Positions 1 through 7,808 of a stretch of DNA of 25,839 bases are shown here, one piece after another. Position 1 is the stretch's first letter. Each line of letters opens with the position of its first letter. Source of the stretch: Candidatus Methylomirabilota bacterium (lineage in GTDB: Bacteria > Methylomirabilota > Methylomirabilia > Rokubacteriales > CSP1-6); NCBI GenBank assembly GCA_046726415.1, contig JBKPAK010000175.1, forward strand, positions 1 through 25,839. The letters run 5' to 3'. Under the pieces are notes generated by a model. That model had not been told where the DNA came from. It saw nothing but the letters and a program-made list of their open reading frames with translations, and did no database searches. A program made the translations under genes and the position numbers.

Positions 1-27
1 GTTTGGAGGGGGCGCCGCGCCCCCTCC
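1..27. repeat. REP-like palindrome, copy 1 (GTTTGGAGGGGGCG-CCG-CGCCCCCTCC)
   Basis: 10-bp perfect stem (5-14/18-27) with a 3-nt loop; near-identical copy at 84-112. Confidence 0.8.
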
Positions 28-83
28 CGGTTCACACGGAGAGGTTGGATGAGCGCATTGTCGCCCGGCGGGCGAGCGGGGAG

Positions 84-112
84 GTTTGGAGGGGGCGCCG
101 CGCCCTCTCCAA
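84..112. repeat. REP-like palindrome, copy 2 (GTTTGGAGGGGGCG-CCG-CGCCCTCTCCAA)
   Basis: Direct repeat of 1-27 at an 83-bp period, lying 2 nt beyond the npdG stop; may act as a 3' mRNA stabiliser or terminator. Confidence 0.8.
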
Positions 113-114
113 GT

Positions 115-765
115 TCAACGATCCAGCCCCGTGATCTTCAGACCGGAGTTCTTCAGCTTGTAGCGGCGGTTGATCGTAGCCAGAACGGCGGCAATGCCCT
201 CCAGAGGTCCCGCGTTGGTTAGCGGCCCGACGTCGACGCTGCGCAGCCCCATGGAGGTGGCCAGGTCGACGACGACCTGCTTGGCTTCGCCGTCCCCGCC
301 GCAGAGCAGCAGGTCGCACTCGATGGCCTGCTTGCTGGCCGAGAGCTCGTGCGCCGCGATGTGATGGAAGGCGGCGACGACCCTGGCCTCCGGCAAGAGA
401 GCTTTGGCCTCTTCTGCGGACGACCCGGCCGGCGGCGGGGTGAAGAGTCGCCCACCTCCAAAGGTGAGGGGCACGACGGTGCTGATCACCACCTTGTCGC
501 GGCACCCCGCCCGCACCTCCGGCAGCGTGCTGGCGAGTCCCTGCGCGGGCAGCGCCAGCACCACCACCGTGCCGCGCTGGGCCGCCTCCGCGTTGCTCTG
601 CCCGCTGATGTCGCTCTTCCCGGTGACCTGTCGCAACTCTGCCGCCGTGGCGCGCGCCCGCTCGGCGTCGCGCGAGCCGATGATGATCGCGTGTCCGGCC
701 CGGGCCCACCGCCCCGCGAGTCCGGCCCCTTCCTTGCCTGTGCCGCCGAGGATCGCCACATTCAT
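115..765 (-). CDS. npdG: NADPH-dependent F420 reductase (F420H2:NADP+ oxidoreductase)
   Basis: Rossmann motif ILGGTGKEGAGLA, GSRD, SSAEE, VVAAFHHI, and C-terminal GPL..A..LE...A.L..IN.RYK; last gene of the cof cluster; GGAGAG SD. Confidence 0.93.
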   Translation of the reverse strand: MNVAILGGTGKEGAGLAGRWARAGHAIIIGSRDAERARATAAELRQVTGKSDISGQSNAEAAQRGTVVVLALPAQGLASTLPEVRAGCRDKVVISTVVPLTFGGGRLFTPPPAGSSAEEAKALLPEARVVAAFHHIAAHELSASKQAIECDLLLCGGDGEAKQVVVDLATSMGLRSVDVGPLTNAGPLEGIAAVLATINRRYKLKNSGLKITGLDR

Positions 766-778
766 TCGGATCTCTCCG

Positions 779-1528
779 TCATCGAAACAGGTCGCGGGAC
801 GGATCGCGAAGGAGGCTCTTCGAACCCTCCTCCCCGGCGGCGAGGGCGAGTCCGCGCACGATGGCCACGGGGATGCGGTCCAGCTTGCCCATTACGGGTT
901 CCGCGGCGCCGGCCAGCTCATCGGCCAGGGCGATGATGGTCGCCTGCAGCGGGCGGCCGGCCGAGTCGAGCTCGCCGAGGTAGCTCCGCAGCGGCGCGAA
1001 ACCCGAGAGGCCAATCGCCACGTTCGTCAGGCCTTCCCGCCACGGTCGCCCGAACGTGTCGGCGATGATGATGGCCACGTCGATGCGCTCGCGCGTGCGG
1101 ATGATCCCGCGCAACTCGCGCGCAGAGCGGTCGGGGTCCTCGGGCAGGAGGGCGACGGTGTCGACGTCGACATTCGATTGGTCGACGCCGGCATTGGCGC
1201 AGACCCATCCGTGGCGCGTCTCCATGACGAGGACGCCGCGATCCATGCGCACCACCCGGCGCGACTCGCGCAAGATCACCTCGACCAGGCGAGGGTCGCG
1301 TCCAAGACCGGCGGCCATTGCCTGGGCGATTTCCGACGGAGCGACCTCGCTCAGGCGAAGGAGCCGGCCTTCCGCCTTCGACACGATCTTCTGGCCGACC
1401 ACGAGGAGATCCCCGCGGGCCAGCGGCGTGCCCTGGCGCGCCGCCGCGCCCAAGATGAGCGCGGCCAGGTCGTCACCCGGACGGACTTCCGGGATCCCCG
1501 CGATTCCGATCACCTCGTAGCGCGTCAT
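779..1528 (-). CDS. cofE: Coenzyme F420-0:L-glutamate ligase (short form, no nitroreductase domain)
   Basis: IPEVRPGDDL, QKIVSKAEGR, ANAGVDQSN, DTFGRPWREG and ADELAGAAE motifs; 249 aa; ATGA overlap with cofC. Confidence 0.95.
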   Translation of the reverse strand: MTRYEVIGIAGIPEVRPGDDLAALILGAAARQGTPLARGDLLVVGQKIVSKAEGRLLRLSEVAPSEIAQAMAAGLGRDPRLVEVILRESRRVVRMDRGVLVMETRHGWVCANAGVDQSNVDVDTVALLPEDPDRSARELRGIIRTRERIDVAIIIADTFGRPWREGLTNVAIGLSGFAPLRSYLGELDSAGRPLQATIIALADELAGAAEPVMGKLDRIPVAIVRGLALAAGEEGSKSLLRDPSRDLFR

Positions 1529-2205
1529 GAAACCCTGCGCGTTCCGAGGGGAGACTCTCGGTCGAGTCGGTCAGCCATGGACCACGCGGCGAGCAAGCGA
1601 CCGCTTTCCGTGTCGGAACCCTCGGCGAGCAGCACGCGGAGATCGTCGCGCCCGTCGATGTCGAGACCAAGGCGTGGCAAATCGAGGACGCGAGGGAGGA
1701 GCCCGCGACGGCGTGCCGTGGTCAGATGGTTCTCGAACGACGGCTCCCCGAAGGTGAGCGGCATGACGTCAGGGGGGGACAGTGCCACGCCGTTCGTACC
1801 GAGTCCCGAGCGGGACGGCGCGAACACGGCGCTGGGAGACGAGGCCGCAGTGTCCACGAGGGCGCGCACGTCGGCGGCGGTGACGCAGGGAACGTCGCCG
1901 GGGATCGTCGCGAAGAGGCGCGCACCGAGCTTTGTGGCGTGAGCCTGGGCATGGGCCACCGCCGCGGTGTGCCCCTGGTTCGACGCCTCGGCGAGGATCT
2001 CGGCACCCAGGGGCTGCGCGGTCGCCATCACGCCAGCATCGCGCGTCACCACCCACACGACGTCGAGCCGTGCGACGGCGAGCGAACGCAGCACGTCGCG
2101 CAGCATCGCGCGCGACAGCTCGATTCGCTCCGCCGGCTGCAGTACAGAGAGCAGCCGCTGCTTGGCATTGATGAGGTCCTTGACGGGAACGGCTACCCCG
2201 ATCAT
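1525..2205 (-). CDS. cofC: 2-phospho-L-lactate/PEP guanylyltransferase
   Basis: VPVK...AKQRL, IPGDVP, GTNG, FGEPSF..H and LDIDGRDDL motifs; ATGA overlaps on both sides. Confidence 0.93.
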   Translation of the reverse strand: MIGVAVPVKDLINAKQRLLSVLQPAERIELSRAMLRDVLRSLAVARLDVVWVVTRDAGVMATAQPLGAEILAEASNQGHTAAVAHAQAHATKLGARLFATIPGDVPCVTAADVRALVDTAASSPSAVFAPSRSGLGTNGVALSPPDVMPLTFGEPSFENHLTTARRRGLLPRVLDLPRLGLDIDGRDDLRVLLAEGSDTESGRLLAAWSMADRLDRESPLGTRRVS

Positions 2206-3131
2206 GCGGCGACCGCCTCGAGGATCCGCTGGGCGAGAGCCACTTCACGCTCCCGGTCGGTCATGAGAATCGGCGCGACCAGGGTCCCGACGCCCGTCTC
2301 TCGCAACGCCCGCGCGCAGGCGCGGTCCGTCTCATCCACAACGAGGAGGGTCAGCCACGGGCCATAGGCGGCGGCCACGCCGACGGGCGAGACCGGTAAC
2401 CCGCGGGCGCGCATGAGGGCTCCCGCCGGCCCCGACACGGCGGCATTGCCGACGATCGGGCTCACCGCGACCCGCGGCGCGCGTGCGGCGTGCAACGCCT
2501 CGACGAGACCAGGGACGGCGAGGATCGGACCGATGGAGGTGACTGGATTCGAGGGGCACACCACCACGAGGTCGGCGTCTGTCACACTCTCGAGGACCGC
2601 CGGGGCCGGTCGCGCCCTCATGGCCCCCGCATACTCGACGTCGAGCACCTCGACCATCGCCTTCTCGCGGACGAAGTACTCCTGGAAGGAGAGCCAGCCG
2701 CCGTGTGTGGTCACCCGTGTGCGCACCGGCTCGTCACTCATGGGGAGAATTCGCGACCGCACGCCGAGGCGACGCGCGATCTCGGCGGTTGCCACCGAGA
2801 GCGAAATGCCCTCCCGCAGCATTCGGCTGCGCACCAGATGCGTGGCGAGATCGCGGTCGCCAAGGTTGAACCAGGTATCTCCGCCCAGATCGACCATGGC
2901 CTCGAGGCACCGGAAGGTTTCGCCGGTGATGCCCCACCCGCGCGCCACGTCGAGGCGGCCAGCGAGCGCATAGGTGAGCGTGTCGAGGTCAGGGGAGACG
3001 TGCAGACCCCACACCTCCACGTCGTCACCGGTGTTGCCGATGATCGTGAGATTGGTGGCCGGCAGGCACGCGGCCAGGCCGCGAACGAGCTTCGCGGCGC
3101 CGGTCCCGCCGGCGAGTGCGGTCACGCGCAT
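2202..3131 (-). CDS. cofD: 2-phospho-L-lactate transferase
   Basis: Start reassigned to ATG at 3131 (MRVTALAGGTGAAKL); NTGDD, SPDLDT, LGDRDLATH, FQEYFV, PSNPVTSIGPIL and VSPIVG..AVSGPA motifs. Confidence 0.95.
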   Translation of the reverse strand: MRVTALAGGTGAAKLVRGLAACLPATNLTIIGNTGDDVEVWGLHVSPDLDTLTYALAGRLDVARGWGITGETFRCLEAMVDLGGDTWFNLGDRDLATHLVRSRMLREGISLSVATAEIARRLGVRSRILPMSDEPVRTRVTTHGGWLSFQEYFVREKAMVEVLDVEYAGAMRARPAPAVLESVTDADLVVVCPSNPVTSIGPILAVPGLVEALHAARAPRVAVSPIVGNAAVSGPAGALMRARGLPVSPVGVAAAYGPWLTLLVVDETDRACARALRETGVGTLVAPILMTDREREVALAQRILEAVAA

Positions 3132-3136
3132 GAGTT

Positions 3137-3709
3137 TCAGGCGCTGCTGACGTCGCGCAGCGACCAGACAGCGCTGCCGCCTCGCCAGGCGTACAGCCCG
3201 TCGCCCGGCCTTCCGGAGAGATCCTCGGGCAGGGTGCCCTCCGGAACCGGGATGAAGCCGAAGCGAACCCAGAGGCGATCCAGTCCTTGAGGCTGAGCGA
3301 AGAGGGTGTGAGCGCCCAGCGCTGTGGCCTGGTCGAGAATGGCCCCCGCGAGTGTGGCCGCGACCTCGAGCGGCTCGTGTTCGGCTACCACGACGGGACC
3401 GTGAAGCAAGGCGGTTCGACCGCACGATTCTGCCACGACGGCACCGACCAGCTTCTCGCTCCCGCCGCGTGGCTCGAAGGCGCCCCAGGCGACCAATGGA
3501 TTGGTCGTCGACGGCCAGGACAAGGCGGCAAAGTCGAAGAGCGGCCGCGCCTGGCTGGCCTCAGCGAGGGGTCGGAACATCAGACCGTGCCAGGCCCGAG
3601 GCAGGACGGCCGAGGCCAGCGGTGGGCCGACGGCGACCGCGGGTGCGGGCGCGCTTCGCGTCGCGCGCGAGGCGGGCGGGCGGCGGCCCCGCGTGTTACT
3701 TCTTGCCAA
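3137..3709 (-). CDS. Divergent GNAT-fold (acyltransferase-like) hypothetical protein; start uncertain (TTG 3709 or ATG 3580)
   Basis: LVGAVVAE-x5-ALLHGPVVV ... helix ... TLFAQPQG..RLWVRFGF resembles the GNAT C-terminal core. It fills the gap between HU and cofD, and AAGGA lies 8 nt before TTG 3709. Confidence 0.6.
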   Translation of the reverse strand: MARSNTRGRRPPASRATRSAPAPAVAVGPPLASAVLPRAWHGLMFRPLAEASQARPLFDFAALSWPSTTNPLVAWGAFEPRGGSEKLVGAVVAESCGRTALLHGPVVVAEHEPLEVAATLAGAILDQATALGAHTLFAQPQGLDRLWVRFGFIPVPEGTLPEDLSGRPGDGLYAWRGGSAVWSLRDVSSA

Positions 3710-3983
3710 GCACCGTGTCCTTCAGGCTCTTGGCGAGCCGGAACTTGCACACGCGCTTGGCGGGAATCTTGATGGGTTCGCCGGTCTGCGGATTGCGCCC
3801 CATGCGTGCCTTCCGGTTGGCGAGAACGAGCTTGCCGAAGCCGGGCACCACGAAACCGTTCTTCGCCTCCTTCTGGGCCAGAGCGAGGGTGGCGTCGAAC
3901 AGCTCGGCGACCTGCTTCTTGGTCAGGTTGGTCTTCTGGGCGAGCTGCGCGTACGTAGCCGACTTGGTCATCATCTTTGCCAC
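3696..3983 (-). CDS. hup: HU/IHF-family DNA-binding protein
   Basis: VPGFGK...RKARMGRNPQTGEPIKIPAKRVCKFR signature; 95 aa; GTG start with GGAGGG SD. Confidence 0.95.
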   Translation of the reverse strand: MAKMMTKSATYAQLAQKTNLTKKQVAELFDATLALAQKEAKNGFVVPGFGKLVLANRKARMGRNPQTGEPIKIPAKRVCKFRLAKSLKDTVLGKK

Positions 3984-4024
3984 AGGCGTCCCTCCATCAG
4001 TCGAGGTGGTTGAGCGTGAGACGC

Positions 4025-4036
4025 ATTAATAGCACA
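4025..4036 (-). promoter_or_regulatory. Candidate internal extended -10 promoter for hup (TGTGCTATTAAT)
   Basis: The only AT-rich patch in the 68-bp cofH-hup gap; TG followed by a TATTAAT-like hexamer. Confidence 0.4.
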
Positions 4037-4051
4037 GGGTCTCCGCGTTCA

Positions 4052-5317
4052 CTACCGGGCCGTGAACCGGAATTCGCCCGAGGCGATGAGGCGCCGATAC
4101 GAGCCGAAGCGGGCCTCTGCGTTCTCCACGTGATCGAGGGGCGAGTCTTCCTCCACACCATCGTCGTAGCGTCGCACGATGCCGTACAGGGTGTCCCGCT
4201 GAGCGGGGAGACGACCCGCGTCACGGATGAGTCGCCGCAGCTCCGCCGGAGGGACGAGCTGCCCGTACTGTGCCCCCGCCGACGTGGAGATCGACTCGTT
4301 GATGAGCGTGCCGCCCAGGTCATTCGCGCCGACCGCCAGAAGGAGTTGAGCGAGCTTCGGACCCTCTTTGACCCAGGACGCCTGGATGTTGCCGAAGGTC
4401 TCTCCCAGCATCAGGCGCGCAAGCACATGCAAGCGCACGACCTCCATCCCCGTGGCACCCGGTCGCACGTTGGGCAGCAGACCCTTGGCGTACATCGGCG
4501 CTTCCGAGTGGATGAGCGAGAGGGGGACGAACTCCGTGAAGCCGCCAGTGTCTTTCTGGATCGAGCGGAGCAGCGCCATGTGACGCACCCAATGGGCGGG
4601 CGTCTCGACATGACCGTACATGATGGTCGACGTGGTGCGGATGCCGAGGGCGTGCGCGCTGGTGATGACGTCGATCCACTGCGCCACCGTGATGCGCCCG
4701 CGGGCGATGACGTCGCGGATCTCCTGATCGAGGATCTCGGCCGAGGTTCCGGGCAACGTGCCGAGTCCCGCCTCGCGCAGCTCGCCCAGGTACTCGCGCA
4801 CGGGAAGCCCCGAGCGCACGGAGCCGTACAGCACCTCCTCGGGCGAGAAGGCATGGATGTGCATGTCGGGCAACGATCGCTTGATAGCGCGGGTGAGGTC
4901 GATGTAGTAGCGACCATCGAGCTTGGGGGGAAGCCCCGCCTGGATGCACACCTCGGTGGCGCCCAGCTCGGCGGCTTCTTCGGCCCGCCGGACGATCTCG
5001 TCGAGGGGAAGGAAATAGCCTTCCTCCTCGCGATGATCACGACTGAAGGCACAGAACGTACAGTGCTTGATGCAGACGTTGGTGAAGTTGATGTTGCGAT
5101 TGACGACGTAGGTGACCACGTCGCCGACCTGTCGTCGCCGCAGCTCGTCAGCGACCAGGGTCAGGGCATGAGCGTCGCGGCCCTGGACCTCCATCAGCGC
5201 GAGGGCGTCGGCGCCCGACAGCTCGCCACCGTCGAGGCAGCCCGCCAGGATGCGGCGAACGGAGGGCGCTGCCCAGTCTAGCCCGATCCGGATGCTACCA
5301 GTGTCGCCAGTGCTCAT
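4052..5317 (-). CDS. cofH: FO synthase subunit 2 (radical SAM)
   Basis: VTYVVNRNINFTNVCIKHCTFCAF, HIHAFSPEE, PGTSAEIL, TSTIMYGH, GFTEFVPL, NIQASWVK and NDLGGTLINESI motifs; overlaps the cofG 3' end by 23 bp. Confidence 0.93.
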   Translation of the reverse strand: MSTGDTGSIRIGLDWAAPSVRRILAGCLDGGELSGADALALMEVQGRDAHALTLVADELRRRQVGDVVTYVVNRNINFTNVCIKHCTFCAFSRDHREEEGYFLPLDEIVRRAEEAAELGATEVCIQAGLPPKLDGRYYIDLTRAIKRSLPDMHIHAFSPEEVLYGSVRSGLPVREYLGELREAGLGTLPGTSAEILDQEIRDVIARGRITVAQWIDVITSAHALGIRTTSTIMYGHVETPAHWVRHMALLRSIQKDTGGFTEFVPLSLIHSEAPMYAKGLLPNVRPGATGMEVVRLHVLARLMLGETFGNIQASWVKEGPKLAQLLLAVGANDLGGTLINESISTSAGAQYGQLVPPAELRRLIRDAGRLPAQRDTLYGIVRRYDDGVEEDSPLDHVENAEARFGSYRRLIASGEFRFTAR

Positions 5318-6440
5318 GCGATTCCTTTACCAGGCCCTGGTTGTCGATGAGGGCGTCGACCCGCGCGCGCAGCGGCTCGGCGAGGAACTCGGGCCGACCC
5401 GTGAATTCGGGATAGATGGCAAGGCGCTCCCGCAGGGTAAATCCTTGGCGAGCGGTGCTGTCGCGCAGATCGCGGATCATCGGCCAGGGTCGTTCGGGGT
5501 TGATGTGGTCCAGCGTAAGGGGAGAGATGCCGCCCCAGTCGTTGAGCCCCGCCGCCAGTAAGCGCGGGTACGCGTCGGCCGACAGATTCGGCGGCGCCTG
5601 GATGTTGATCTCGGATCCCAGAACGAGGCGGGCCACAGCGAGGGTGCGGAGCAGATCGGCCAGCGACGGCTCTGGGACATCGCGCATGGGAATGCGCGGC
5701 TTCGCCCGGAAGTTCTGAATGATGACCTCCTGGACGTGGCCGTATCGTTCGTGGAGATCGCGGATGGCCAGCAGCGTATCCACGCGCTCGGCCGGCGTCT
5801 CGCCGATGCCGAAGAGCAGGCCCGTGGTGAATGGGATCTGCAGTTTGCCGGCCAGCGCGATCGTCCGCAGCCGTCGCGCGGGCACCTTGTCGGGCGCGCG
5901 GTGGTGGGCCCGGCCGGGGGCGAGTAGTCGCTCGGAGACCGTTTCCAGCATCAAGCCCATGCTGACACTCACCTCGCGGAGCGCCGCGAGATCGCGTTCG
6001 CTCATCACGCCGGGATTGACGTGGGGCAGCAGGGGTGATGCCTCCAACGTCAGCGCGGCCATGGCGCGCAGATAGCCGAGGGTCGTGCGATGGCCGTGGC
6101 GGCGCAGGAACGCGCGGTGCTCGGGGAAGGCGGCCTCCGGCTTGTCGCCTAGGGAGAACAGCGCCTCCTTGGCCCCCAGGCGACCACCGGCCTGGGCAAG
6201 GGCCAGCACTTCGTCTGGCGTCATGGTGTGGGCGCCCGGTTCACCGGGGTCTCGGCGAAACGCACAGTAGCCGCAGTAGTCGCGGCAGAGGGTGGTGAGC
6301 GGGATGAAGACCTTCTTCGAGAAAGTCACCGTGCGCCCTCGTCCGCGGTCGCGCACCTCGCTCGCGGCGGTGAGGAGATCCGGCAGGACTGGCGCGGGTG
6401 CCTCGAGCAGCGCGCACGCCTGGTCGCGCGAGATGGTCAT
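5295..6440 (-). CDS. cofG: FO synthase subunit 1 (radical SAM)
   Basis: VTFSKKVFIPLTTLCRDYCGYCAF, KEALFSLGDKPE, LLPHVNPG, QEVIIQNF and DWGGISPLTLDHINPERPWP motifs; start taken as ATG 6440 (uncertain). Confidence 0.93.
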   Translation of the reverse strand: MTISRDQACALLEAPAPVLPDLLTAASEVRDRGRGRTVTFSKKVFIPLTTLCRDYCGYCAFRRDPGEPGAHTMTPDEVLALAQAGGRLGAKEALFSLGDKPEAAFPEHRAFLRRHGHRTTLGYLRAMAALTLEASPLLPHVNPGVMSERDLAALREVSVSMGLMLETVSERLLAPGRAHHRAPDKVPARRLRTIALAGKLQIPFTTGLLFGIGETPAERVDTLLAIRDLHERYGHVQEVIIQNFRAKPRIPMRDVPEPSLADLLRTLAVARLVLGSEINIQAPPNLSADAYPRLLAAGLNDWGGISPLTLDHINPERPWPMIRDLRDSTARQGFTLRERLAIYPEFTGRPEFLAEPLRARVDALIDNQGLVKESHEHWRHW

Positions 6441-6513
6441 TGTAGTGGGCGCCGGGTGCTCGGCTTGAACCGAGGGTGTCGGTTTTCGGTGCGAACTGGC
6501 TCCGCTGCTTTCT

Positions 6514-7548
6514 TCATGTTTTCCCGTGGCGCCGTCTGTCGCTTGAATTCTTCGCCCGTGCGGTTGGATTCTTCGCCCGCGCCGGGCGGCGGGCGATGTG
6601 AGGGCGAACACTGCTGGCGAAGCGCTTCATGTTGGTGAGCGCTCCAGCCATCGTGGGGCTAACGTGGTCGAAGACGAAATGGGTCACCCCGAGGGCGGCG
6701 TAGCGATCGATGTCCCCGGCCACCTCTTCTGCCGTCCCCTGGAACAGCGGGCGCTCGCCGTTCGTAGGCCCCTTCGTGCCTCTCGGCCGAACCTCCATGG
6801 GCACACGGAGGCTGAGCGTGATGCCGTCGGGATCGCGACCCGCGCTCCGCGCCGTCGACCGGACCATGTCAGCCTTGGCCGCATACTCATCGGGCAGCAG
6901 GACGGCAGGCGGCCGAAGACCGATCGGATGCCAGCCGTCGCCGAGCGCCCCGGCCCGGCGCACGGCGGCGTCCGTATGACCGCCGATCCAGACAGGGATG
7001 CCATTCTTCTGGGACGGCTTCGGGAGTGCGTGCACGTCGCGCACCGAGTAGTGGCGTCCCTCGAACGACACCGGATCGGTCGTCCACATGGCGCGCATGA
7101 GGCGAAGGTACTCGTCGGTCACCTGCCCGCGCTCCTCGAACGGTGGCGCCCCGAGGGCTTCGAATTCCTCGCGCAGCCATCCCACTCCGGCGCCGAGGAT
7201 GAGGCGGCCGCCAGAGAGCAGGTCGATGGTCGCCAGCATTTTTCCGGTCACCAGCGGATTGCGATAGGGCACCACGAGCACGCTGGTGCCGAGCTTGATG
7301 CGCTTGGTGGCGTGAGCGAGGTACGCGAGGAGCGAGAAGGGCTCCAGATAGTCTTGCGCCGCGCCGCCCGGGAGCCGGCCCGTTGGCGAGTACGGATAGA
7401 CCGAGCGCGCGGAGGACGCGGGAAGGATCACGTGGTCCGTCACGAAGACGGAGGAATAGCAAAGGGACTCGGCTTCCTGGGCGATTCTCACCAGGAGATC
7501 CGGCCTGGCCAAGGGGCCGCGACCAGGCAGCGACCATCCGAACTCCAC
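6514..7548 (-). CDS. LLM-class (luciferase-like) F420-dependent oxidoreductase, Rv2161c/TIGR03619-like
   Basis: GTG 7548 with AGGAGG SD; SVFVTDHV, LGTSVLVVPYRNP, DLLSGGRLILGAGVGW..EEF, PKPSQ..IPVWIGG and GDGWHP motifs. Confidence 0.88.
   Translation of the reverse strand: MEFGWSLPGRGPLARPDLLVRIAQEAESLCYSSVFVTDHVILPASSARSVYPYSPTGRLPGGAAQDYLEPFSLLAYLAHATKRIKLGTSVLVVPYRNPLVTGKMLATIDLLSGGRLILGAGVGWLREEFEALGAPPFEERGQVTDEYLRLMRAMWTTDPVSFEGRHYSVRDVHALPKPSQKNGIPVWIGGHTDAAVRRAGALGDGWHPIGLRPPAVLLPDEYAAKADMVRSTARSAGRDPDGITLSLRVPMEVRPRGTKGPTNGERPLFQGTAEEVAGDIDRYAALGVTHFVFDHVSPTMAGALTNMKRFASSVRPHIARRPARAKNPTARAKNSSDRRRHGKT
6541..6582 (-). repeat. 21-bp imperfect tandem duplication encoding ARAKN twice in the basic C-terminal tail of the LLM protein
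   Basis: gcttgaattcttcgcccgtgc / ggttggattcttcgcccgcgc on the + strand. Confidence 0.75.
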
Positions 7549-7593
7549 GGGCGTCCTCCTGCTCCGAGTCACGGCTGGGACAACACCGGCCTT

Positions 7594-7622
7594 ATCGTAG
7601 GCCACGCCTAGGGCCTTTGCAA
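7594..7622 (-). promoter_or_regulatory. sigma70-type promoter of the F420 operon (TTGCAA-N17-TACGAT)
   Basis: Both hexamers are close to consensus with an exact 17-bp spacer, ~45 bp upstream of the LLM start. Confidence 0.6.
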
Positions 7623-7808
7623 TTGCGGGAGCCGTTGTTTGTCGCGACGGCGCGACGCTTGTCGCGAGCGCGTTCCGCTCGACCTGAACCGTGGGTCGCC
7701 TGTTCTGAGTGCGCGGCGCTGCGGCGTCGCGGGGATGGCCGGGGGTGACGACAGGGGCGCAGGGCTGCGTTGCGCATCGACATCGGCGTCTGTTATGCAG
7801 TAGAACGC

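Noticed and set aside
1-112. Direct repeats as a CRISPR remnant (also 19433-19484)
   Set aside because: Only two copies each, spacers of 56 and 0 bp, and no cas genes; REP-like elements or duplication explain them better.
4052-5317. Alternative call as MqnC/MqnE of the futalosine pathway
   Set aside because: It overlaps cofG within a cof cluster and has CofH-type motifs (GGFTEFVPL, NIQASWVKEG, NESI).
7623-7790. Possible riboswitch in the LLM-mnmG divergent gap
   Set aside because: The GC stems lie upstream of both predicted promoters and match no riboswitch consensus I recognise.
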